DNA of 25,048 bases from a virus. Lineage: Duplodnaviria > Caudoviricetes. The stretch spans positions 1 to 25,048 of the IMG/VR virus record IMGVR_UViG_3300030433_000858; one strand, given 5' to 3'. A program made the translations under genes and the position numbers. Positions 17,541 through 25,048 of the stretch are shown piece after piece. The notes beneath the pieces were generated by a model, which saw only the letters and a list, made by a program, of their open reading frames with translations, was not told the DNA's origin and did no database searches. Within the stretch, counting starts at the first letter, position 1. Each line of letters starts with the position of its first letter.

Positions 17541-17852
17541 TTATTTACTCTTTGCAAACTTTCGTAAAAAATCTTCTGCGGATTCAACTTCGTCATTTTC
17601 ATAAACTTCCTCCATCTTCTTAGTTTTCTTTTTAGAAATGGTAAGTTTTCTCTTCATATTACCTATTTCTCTTTTCGATGCTTTTTTAGCTTTTTCTAAT
17701 TCTTTTATTTGTTTTTCAACCTTCTTTTCTTCTTTTTTGTTCTCATCAATAACTTTTTTAAGTTTTTGAACTTCTTTGCTCTTTACCTGTTTAGCAGCAA
17801 ATAATCCACCGATGATACCAAAAAAGGCTAATATAACTTTCCAAACTTTCAT
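17541..17852 (-). CDS. membrane-anchored coiled-coil protein (i-spanin-like candidate)
   Basis: N-terminal hydrophobic segment VWKVILAFFGIIGGLFAA, followed by a Lys/Glu coiled coil; ATGA overlap with the upstream gene. Confidence 0.6.
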   Translation of the reverse strand: MKVWKVILAFFGIIGGLFAAKQVKSKEVQKLKKVIDENKKEEKKVEKQIKELEKAKKASKREIGNMKRKLTISKKKTKKMEEVYENDEVESAEDFLRKFAKSK

Positions 17853-18379
17853 TCCTCACTCTCCAACTCTTTAAGGGTTTCTGTAAATTTTTCTAATGCC
17901 TCATCCGCCATTAATTGTATTTGAGTAGTGTCTACATCCCATTGTTCTTTCTCTAACTCAGGTGTGTTTACTCCAACATTATTGTACCACTCAGGTGCTT
18001 TCATATCTCTCCACTCTTCAATTGCCTGTATCTGTTCTTTTATAAAAGATATTTTATTAGCTCTAATCTTTTTCTTTTCCCAATCTTTATACTTTCCTTC
18101 AATACGAAGTTTATTTTCAAATTTAGACTGACAATCAAAGCAATGGTTATAGATATTCCACATTTTATTATCCAATCTTTTCTTCATTACTTTTTTACAT
18201 TTAGGACAAAAAAGTGGCATTCTAGCTTCTTGCATGAGCTCTGTCATCTTACTGACTTTATCACCTGTTGCTTCTTTCTTCCCTTCGTAACCAACTATTA
18301 TTCTTTTTTCAGGTGTTTTGCCTGATAGCAAGTCACCCAATACTTTGTTTTGTCTCTCTGTTTCTTTACTATATCCCAT
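17849..18379 (-). CDS. putative Zn-binding hypothetical protein
   Basis: CPKC...HCFDC motif; GAGGT RBS. Confidence 0.7.
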   Translation of the reverse strand: MGYSKETERQNKVLGDLLSGKTPEKRIIVGYEGKKEATGDKVSKMTELMQEARMPLFCPKCKKVMKKRLDNKMWNIYNHCFDCQSKFENKLRIEGKYKDWEKKKIRANKISFIKEQIQAIEEWRDMKAPEWYNNVGVNTPELEKEQWDVDTTQIQLMADEALEKFTETLKELESEE

Positions 18380-18382
18380 AGA

Positions 18383-21300
18383 TTACCTCGTAAACCTTAA
18401 CATTCCTAATATCTGATTGACAGGTGCAAATGCGCCTGTATACTTATAAACCTTACCCTTAAACATAAATGTAACTCCTTCGCTTGGAATTATCGATTTC
18501 AAACCACCTAAAGCATTTAGTCTATCTAATTGAGTTTTTAACATTTGTAATTGAGAAGGATCTTTAGCTTTTCTAACTTTTTCTATAGCCTTACCTAAAT
18601 CATTCTTTATCTTTTGAACTGCTTTATCTGGATTAGCTGCTATGAAGTCTCTGATATTTCTCAGGACTTCAGCACCTAATTCAAAAAATAAAACTTCCCA
18701 ATCTCTGATGTGTTGTTTCTGTAGTTTCTGTAAATCTTTTTTATCTGTAGATAGTATCCAATCTAAAAATTTAGGATACTCTTTCAAATCTTTTTTAATC
18801 TGAGGTATTTTGTAACTCTTATCTAAAAATGCCCACCTCTTTACCAAGCTCATTAGAATTTTATTATCAGGATTTGGATAATCGGTTTGTTTGGCACCGT
18901 TATAAATATACTCTAACCAATATGCTTGATGGTAATCAGCTAATGTATCCTTATCGGATAGCTTGAATTGATTTTGTAATCTACTCAATTTACCTAAAAA
19001 GTAACTTTGTCTTTCATCAAAGTTTCTAACCTTCGGTAATTTAGCTACAAAAGGCTGAGTTATACTATATGTTTTTTGTATATTCTGATTTATCTGTTTT
19101 ATCATACCAGCTAACATTCTTGCACTTTCTCTATCCGATCCAATAGGTGTACCGTTGGCATCGTATTCAATAGTTCCGTGAAACTGTAGTATAGATTTAT
19201 CATAAGGTATGACATTTGCTGTTTTAGGATAGATAACCTCTAACGACATAAATTTCTTACCTTCAGCAAAAACCTTATCTTTTTGCTTTTTAGTTAAACC
19301 ACTAATTGCAATTTGTAAATCTATCATAGCAGATGTAAATGCTTTTTCTATATCTCCTCTTCCTGCAAACATATTAGCAATTCCTTTAACATCCAAAGAA
19401 TTAGCACCAAAGTTTTTAATATGTCCTTTGTTACGAGCAGCGATAAGTTTATTATTCTTCCAACTTATCATTATATTCTGTCCATCTGTTTTTTCCGTAA
19501 CCGCTCCTTCACTACTAAGATTACCTTGTAATGTATTAATAATTAGTGTTTTAAAATCCCCAAATGTTAAATTTTTATCATCAAAGGGATGATTTAGGTG
19601 ACCATAAGCTCCACCCATAAGTAACAACTCCTTTTCTTTACTTCTTTGTTTTAATTGACTTTTAGGATTAATTTGTTCTTTTAATTCTACATCATAGGAA
19701 TCTCCACTAGCACCAGCTGCAAACAATGTTCCAATCACATTATCAATAGCAGCATCAGTTCCCATCCAATTCACTATTTCCCAACCCAATGGTTTTACAA
19801 CATCTGTCATCCACTTTCTGTATTTGTTAACTGCTTTGGTTGAACCTTTAGCTTGTCCGTGGTCTAAGTAACTCAAAGCTACGGATGTGTAATGTTTTTG
19901 TCCTGACTTTCTTCTTTTATGTACATCATCTGCTTTAGCTACATTATCCTCTGGCTTTATCATATCCTCATCCATCATATAGTCTATGACTTTCCAACCT
20001 GCATCGGAATACAGAGAATCCAACCATTCTTTTGATACCTTTTTGTAAGCTGCTAACGATTGATAGTAGGTTGAAGGACCATCATCTAAATTTCCAGCAG
20101 GGGTGGCAGTAGCTTCCAATAAAAACTCTTCTATTAGATCATCTGATAAAGTGTATGTCTCAAATAACTTTTTAAATTTATTTGTCATCATAGTATACAT
20201 ACTTTTATCAAAATATCCAAATAGTTTTTTAAATAATTTTTTTCTTTCCTTATCATCGATATCAGGATTACCCAACATAGTTCTAGCCTTAGTTCCACTA
20301 ATATTGCCTGCCTGTGGTGCTGTTAAAATATATCCATGCTTTTCAAAACTTTCCATATTATTTGTATATGGTTTGAAATACTTACCGCCTAATCTACCTG
20401 CATCTTTCTCACCAACCACATAAACAACCGCTGTAGTTTCGGGATCGTATTTCTTCAGTATATTCTTTGCTACATATGGTGATTTCTCCATCACTATGTT
20501 GCTTTTAGCAACTCCCATTTTCATTATGTGACTTTGCTTTTCCTTAAAGTTCATAGGATGTCGAGGTGGTTGCTGTATATTAGAAGTAGTGATGAAAGCC
20601 TCATCAACCCTTTTACTCAACCATTTGTATGTGGCTAAATGTCCTGAATGAAATGGTTGAAACCTACCACCATAAATACCTATAACCTTTGTAATGCGTG
20701 AATTTTCCACGATAGAATATACGAAACTTTCCATATACGAGTCAAGACTTTCTTTAACTTTTTTTTCAGTATTGGTTTTTGTAAATGGGCCTCTTCTTAG
20801 TGTTTGAAATTTTACAGGCGTTTCCATACCAAATAAATTCTTAGGTGATATAATTCTTAACTTAACCATCTTTGAACTATTATCAATACCCAAAGTTTCA
20901 AATTCTATTTCTTTATACTTCTTACCTTTCATAGTGAGATTATGACCTGTAATAAATTTTGATACCTTTCCACCGCTTACAGCATTTGCTTCATTTACTT
21001 TTTTGTATCCACTACCATAAGGAACAGAAGTATTACCTTTCTTCTTCATCTTCTTTACCATCTTACGACTTGGTGATGGTAACATACCAGCAGGTGCTCC
21101 AAACTCCTCATTTTTCTTTTTGGTTTTCTTCTTCATCTTATTGATGTATGCTCTGTAGACAGCAGCTTGTGAAGCCTTACCCATTTCTCTAGCTCTCTGT
21201 TCCATAGCAACAGCGGCTTGTATCTTATGTGCATGAGACTTACCACTGCTTTTTATTTTAGATACGGAAGCCTTTGCATCCTTAACTGTGGCAAACTTTA

Positions 21301-21601
21301 ATCCTTTGATCGTACCCTTTGGATTCTCATCTGTATACAAATCTGAATGTGATTTAGAACCTCTGTGTTGTCCTTTCTTACGAGGTACTCTCGGTGCTTC
21401 ATTTACTTTCTTTACTATTCTGAACTTTAATGCAGGTCTACCATTGATGAGTAAATCGCCATTATCATTGAAATCAATGGTTTTCACCACCACCTTTTTA
21501 TTCTTAAATCTACCCATAAGAATAGTATCACCGACTTCTACAGGTATTTTAATATCCTCTGTTAGAAAAGGCTCTGTAAGGTATTTAGTAAGTTTTTTCA
21601 T
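18383..21601 (-). CDS. modular protein: small N-terminal modules, HxGH cytidylyltransferase-like domain, and C-terminal ATP-dependent ligase-like (KxDG) domain
   Basis: VIGIYGGRFQPFHSGH, VYVVGEKDAGR and ISGTKAR mark a class I nucleotidyltransferase fold (~20150-20700). TEKTDGQN, LEVIY, LQFHG, SEGVTF and YKYTG occur in ligase motif order (18383-19620). Confidence 0.75.
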   Translation of the reverse strand: MKKLTKYLTEPFLTEDIKIPVEVGDTILMGRFKNKKVVVKTIDFNDNGDLLINGRPALKFRIVKKVNEAPRVPRKKGQHRGSKSHSDLYTDENPKGTIKGLKFATVKDAKASVSKIKSSGKSHAHKIQAAVAMEQRAREMGKASQAAVYRAYINKMKKKTKKKNEEFGAPAGMLPSPSRKMVKKMKKKGNTSVPYGSGYKKVNEANAVSGGKVSKFITGHNLTMKGKKYKEIEFETLGIDNSSKMVKLRIISPKNLFGMETPVKFQTLRRGPFTKTNTEKKVKESLDSYMESFVYSIVENSRITKVIGIYGGRFQPFHSGHLATYKWLSKRVDEAFITTSNIQQPPRHPMNFKEKQSHIMKMGVAKSNIVMEKSPYVAKNILKKYDPETTAVVYVVGEKDAGRLGGKYFKPYTNNMESFEKHGYILTAPQAGNISGTKARTMLGNPDIDDKERKKLFKKLFGYFDKSMYTMMTNKFKKLFETYTLSDDLIEEFLLEATATPAGNLDDGPSTYYQSLAAYKKVSKEWLDSLYSDAGWKVIDYMMDEDMIKPEDNVAKADDVHKRRKSGQKHYTSVALSYLDHGQAKGSTKAVNKYRKWMTDVVKPLGWEIVNWMGTDAAIDNVIGTLFAAGASGDSYDVELKEQINPKSQLKQRSKEKELLLMGGAYGHLNHPFDDKNLTFGDFKTLIINTLQGNLSSEGAVTEKTDGQNIMISWKNNKLIAARNKGHIKNFGANSLDVKGIANMFAGRGDIEKAFTSAMIDLQIAISGLTKKQKDKVFAEGKKFMSLEVIYPKTANVIPYDKSILQFHGTIEYDANGTPIGSDRESARMLAGMIKQINQNIQKTYSITQPFVAKLPKVRNFDERQSYFLGKLSRLQNQFKLSDKDTLADYHQAYWLEYIYNGAKQTDYPNPDNKILMSLVKRWAFLDKSYKIPQIKKDLKEYPKFLDWILSTDKKDLQKLQKQHIRDWEVLFFELGAEVLRNIRDFIAANPDKAVQKIKNDLGKAIEKVRKAKDPSQLQMLKTQLDRLNALGGLKSIIPSEGVTFMFKGKVYKYTGAFAPVNQILGMLRFTR

Positions 21602-21627
21602 ATAATCCTAAATGTATTTATTCAATA

Positions 21628-21636
21628 ATAAATATA
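21628..21636 (-). promoter_or_regulatory. TATATTTAT motif, putative late promoter
   Basis: Exact motif. Its downstream flank TATTGAATAAATACAT nearly matches TATTGAGTTAATACAT at the 4738 copy. Confidence 0.6.
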
Positions 21637-21647
21637 AGATTTGTGAA

Positions 21648-24600
21648 TTATCCACAATGATAAGTACAAGCAATTAACTTAACAGATCCTGAAACATTAC
21701 TCCAATCTACATTTTCTGTAGCTTTTGCAACTGTATAGTTATGTAGTAAATCATCATTTTGTTTACATGCGTATCCACCTGAACCAGAAGCAGTTGTTAG
21801 GTAATCTCCAATCTCTATGTTTCCATTTTGATTAGAAACTAATATCACACCGTCACCAACTGACGCTATATTATGTTTATATCTCCAATCTATTTCTAAT
21901 TCACCAATAGTTCCATCATGTCGTTGTCCAATTTTACCCCATGGTAATGCACAGGTGTAGACACCGAAAACTTTTTTATCTTGATGAACGGATGATGAAA
22001 CTGTCCAATGTATAGGTTGATTAGATTGTTTTTCATCAAAGCTAGAGCTTACCATAGATACTACTGTTCCATTTGGGTATACACTGCCAGATACACTACC
22101 GCTTGGAGATGTGTAAATATCTGTAGTATTAGACTCTGTTTTTAATATGTAAGATTCGTGAACACCTGTAAATGCAGCGTAAGTTACAGTTCCGTTGGTA
22201 TTAGTTATAGCACCTGTAGTACCACCATTACCATCGGAAAATTTTATCAATCCTGTTGTACCAGAGGCATCATCTGCTCCAACTTGAATCTCTATACCAA
22301 AACGATCTGCATTGTTGCCATCATTAAAAAATCTAGCCATATAACCTTCATAATTAGCATGTACTGCTAATACACCTTCAGCACCATCACCGCCTGGATT
22401 ACAACCTATACCCAATACACCTCTTTGTGCATCTACTCGTATCATATTTTCGCCATTTTTAGGTCCGGCTGTAGGATTAGCTTCAGCCGATACACGAAAG
22501 TCGTGATTATTTCTCTGTGGATTAAACTGAGCTTCCCCATTGAAAATTACACTACTCTGTCTAATTAATGCACCATGATCAGAATCCGCAGGAGCATTAT
22601 CCATCGCACCAATTCCCATATATTCTTGTACAGTTCCACCTATAGTAGTACCACGAACAGGACCAATATGATATATGTTGTTATTAGCATACTGCATACC
22701 TATACTACAACTCGCATAAGTAGAGCCTGCAGGTATGTATAATTGACTTGTATCATGCATAGCAGTATCGTTAGCAGATATAAATAAAGTTCCGTTTCCT
22801 GTGCCGCCAGTACCATCACCATTCCAACCACCAATCATTCCAAAAGGAGCTGGAGCTTTAAGTGGATCTCCTTGCATATATGTTGCTTTCAGATTAAATT
22901 GTGCTGTAGGAGCAGGACTACTCAATCCTATGTTTGCTATAGATGATATGGATTGAATTTTGTAATCTAAATTAGATCTTGCAAATTCTATTCTTGTTCC
23001 AGCATCTATCTCTAAACAATCTCTGTAAGTTCCACCACCATCTACCTGTCTGGTTGTGGAAAATCCAAAAAAGTAGGGATCATCATTATCACAAGCAAAA
23101 AAGTATCCACCAGATAAGATAGTTACAGCATTTGTATCAGATGTTGTACCATTATTACGAACAAAGAACATATCTCCGCCCTTAGTCTCAATTATTATTC
23201 TATGACCTGCACCTAATCCACTAGAAGGTGGTGCAGTTCCTGGTGTATTCTGAGATGGTGGTACTATACCTATGATTGGATATACTTGCGTAGTAGCTAC
23301 TAAGTTATCTAAAGTAACCATCATTCCTCTATCACCACCCAAACTTCCGTCTAAAAAGAGAATCCAACCTGTTTGACTACTACCATTATTAGTAAAAGTT
23401 TGAGTAGCTAAATATTGACTTACGTTTGAACTATTTATAACAACATTACGAAATGCAAAATAATCTGCAACTGCAACATCCTCAACCTTTGTAACCCCTC
23501 TAAAATTAGCAGAACTGGCAGTTACCTGACCTGATGCTTTTAAATGAAATTGAGATGAACTAATCTCTATGTTTGAATTACTACCGCTTACGAAAGCAGT
23601 TGTATCACTTCCTAAAAAGAAATTTTTTGTATTTAATTTTAGATCACTATTGGAATTATCAAAGTCAATAGAAGGAACAGAAAATGTAGTTGTCACACCG
23701 CTCGGACTTGTGTTGTATAAAGTTGATACTTCTGTAGAAGATAAAGCATCACTATAAATTCTAAGATCATCTATGTAACCATTATATTGAGTCAGTCCTG
23801 CGTTCCTACTGACAATTGTAGATGCATCTGTTGCATAAAAAAGTTGAGTGTGATTGTTACCTATTTGAGTTTCAGTATTATTGAAATTACTGAGACTAAA
23901 ACCTTCTCCATAAAAACCCACACTAGATCCGTTTATGTAGAGATTGATTTCGTCACCATCTACCGCAGAAACTGCAGCAATGTGTGTCCAAGTATTATTA
24001 TTTATAGTGCCTGATGAAATACCAAAGTAATCACCTGAGCTACCATTAGTGTAACCACAGAAATATATTTTACGACTCTTAACAAATGTAACAAAACCAC
24101 GCGTTGCATCAGCTTGAGCAACTAACAATTGTTCGGTACTGGTGTTTGTATTATCTATCCTAGCCCAAAATGAAATACTAAAACCTTCAGGACTTGATGC
24201 AGTTCCTGTATTTAATGCAAAGAACTTTACTACAGCAGTATTTTGGTATCCGCTATCAATATTTGCAGCTGTTGTTCCAATTTTTCCAGTCAATGCGAGT
24301 ATAGAAGCACCTGCACCAGTTACGCTTTTAGTCAAACCAGTAGCATTAGAACCTTGATTTGGAACAGGACTGCTAATTGTAGTACTGTTGTAATCAAATG
24401 GAAAATAACTATACAAATTACCTGTTCCTATTGAAGCATTTACTATATCATTATAAGATGTTACAGAACTTGAAGTTTCAGTTCTACCAACCTTTAAATC
24501 ACCATTAGGAGATAAATGAAAGCGTGATGAACTTATTTCTATATTTGAGTTACTGCCACTTACAAAGTTTTGATTTAAGTCACCGAGTAAAAATGTAGGA

Positions 24601-25046
24601 GCTTCTAATTTAATATTTGAACCTGATAAGAAAGCAACTTCACTCATTAATCCAAAACCATCAAAATTTTCAGGTACGTTACGAGTTCCAGCCACACCCT
24701 TTAAATCTCCTAAACGAGCCTTCAACTGAACATCATACACTCCACTACCTGTTCTTTCAATAATATCAATGTACGGTGTTGCTTGATTATTTGGATTTGC
24801 ATTTAATCTTATATAGCCAGTTCCTATCTTACCTGATGATACTAATACCTGACCAGGTTCGTAGTCTTGAGCAGTTCCTACTGGATCTCCAATTGAAGAA
24901 CTATTTTCACTAGCTGCAGCTGATATACTTCTTGTTACATAAATCCTTCCATAAACTTCCTCTTTACTTAAATCTCCATCCAAAGAAGCACTATCCACCC
25001 TAATATATTCAGTATTGAATCCTGTATTTGTTACTTTTTTAGCAAC
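21648..25046 (-). CDS. large tail/fibre-type virion protein with a LamG/concanavalin A-like domain; 5' end lies outside the window
   Basis: The frame stays open upstream of the GTG at 24998 (VAKKVTNTGFNTEYIRVD) to the window edge. LamG-like motifs FSISFW, WTHIAAV, LYING and GYIDDLRIYSDALSSTEV. Gly/Ser/Thr/Asn-rich. Confidence 0.8.
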   Translation of the reverse strand, partial: VAKKVTNTGFNTEYIRVDSASLDGDLSKEEVYGRIYVTRSISAAASENSSSIGDPVGTAQDYEPGQVLVSSGKIGTGYIRLNANPNNQATPYIDIIERTGSGVYDVQLKARLGDLKGVAGTRNVPENFDGFGLMSEVAFLSGSNIKLEAPTFLLGDLNQNFVSGSNSNIEISSSRFHLSPNGDLKVGRTETSSSVTSYNDIVNASIGTGNLYSYFPFDYNSTTISSPVPNQGSNATGLTKSVTGAGASILALTGKIGTTAANIDSGYQNTAVVKFFALNTGTASSPEGFSISFWARIDNTNTSTEQLLVAQADATRGFVTFVKSRKIYFCGYTNGSSGDYFGISSGTINNNTWTHIAAVSAVDGDEINLYINGSSVGFYGEGFSLSNFNNTETQIGNNHTQLFYATDASTIVSRNAGLTQYNGYIDDLRIYSDALSSTEVSTLYNTSPSGVTTTFSVPSIDFDNSNSDLKLNTKNFFLGSDTTAFVSGSNSNIEISSSQFHLKASGQVTASSANFRGVTKVEDVAVADYFAFRNVVINSSNVSQYLATQTFTNNGSSQTGWILFLDGSLGGDRGMMVTLDNLVATTQVYPIIGIVPPSQNTPGTAPPSSGLGAGHRIIIETKGGDMFFVRNNGTTSDTNAVTILSGGYFFACDNDDPYFFGFSTTRQVDGGGTYRDCLEIDAGTRIEFARSNLDYKIQSISSIANIGLSSPAPTAQFNLKATYMQGDPLKAPAPFGMIGGWNGDGTGGTGNGTLFISANDTAMHDTSQLYIPAGSTYASCSIGMQYANNNIYHIGPVRGTTIGGTVQEYMGIGAMDNAPADSDHGALIRQSSVIFNGEAQFNPQRNNHDFRVSAEANPTAGPKNGENMIRVDAQRGVLGIGCNPGGDGAEGVLAVHANYEGYMARFFNDGNNADRFGIEIQVGADDASGTTGLIKFSDGNGGTTGAITNTNGTVTYAAFTGVHESYILKTESNTTDIYTSPSGSVSGSVYPNGTVVSMVSSSFDEKQSNQPIHWTVSSSVHQDKKVFGVYTCALPWGKIGQRHDGTIGELEIDWRYKHNIASVGDGVILVSNQNGNIEIGDYLTTASGSGGYACKQNDDLLHNYTVAKATENVDWSNVSGSVKLIACTYHCG
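23525..24600 (-). repeat. two copies of a ~30-aa repeat flanking the LamG-like domain
   Basis: FLLGDLNQNFVSGSNSNIEISSSRFHLSPNG (~24500-24595) and FFLGSDTTAFVSGSNSNIEISSSQFHLKASG (~23530-23622). Confidence 0.8.
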
Positions 25047-25048
25047 CA

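Noticed and set aside
18902-18910. In-gene TATATTTAT copy as an internal promoter
   Set aside because: It encodes YIY within the ligase-like domain, about 520 nt from the next start; a chance occurrence in AT-rich DNA is plausible.
62-24434. Other short plus-strand ORFs and the nested minus-strand ORFs 11615..11821 and 16166..16354
   Set aside because: All overlap well-supported minus-strand genes almost entirely and have no recognisable motifs.
1-25048. Stop-codon reassignment as seen in some large phages
   Set aside because: Genes pack tightly under code 11, and TAA, TAG (e.g. 7858, 8524) and TGA (17849) all end genes right next to the following start or RBS.

Overview
This is an AT-rich window from a large T4-like tailed phage (Caudoviricetes, probably an uncultured aquatic myovirus). 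All credible genes lie on the minus strand and form the late morphogenesis block. In transcription order: a truncated LamG-containing tail/fibre protein; a 1072-aa modular protein fusing an HxGH nucleotidyltransferase to a KxDG ligase-like domain; a Zn-binding protein; two membrane coiled-coil proteins; terminase large subunit; portal; several head-associated proteins; prohead protease; a 580-aa protein built of small modules; ribosomal protein bS21; scaffold; major capsid protein; neck and tail-terminator-like proteins with a duplicated domain; and the start of another Ser/Gly-rich structural gene. The most notable signals are: (1) proteins with capsid-targeting-like N-termini and regularly spaced protease-type x-x-E linkers, suggesting a packaged, processed cargo that includes enzymes; (2) an exact TATATTTAT 9-mer in all six long intergenic gaps, oriented opposite to the T4 late promoter; (3) phage bS21 amid strongly Shine-Dalgarno-led late genes, followed by a structured scaffold/capsid leader; (4) strong [ST]-[GAS]-S enrichment in exposed virion proteins. 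All product calls come from motif recognition by eye, not database searches.
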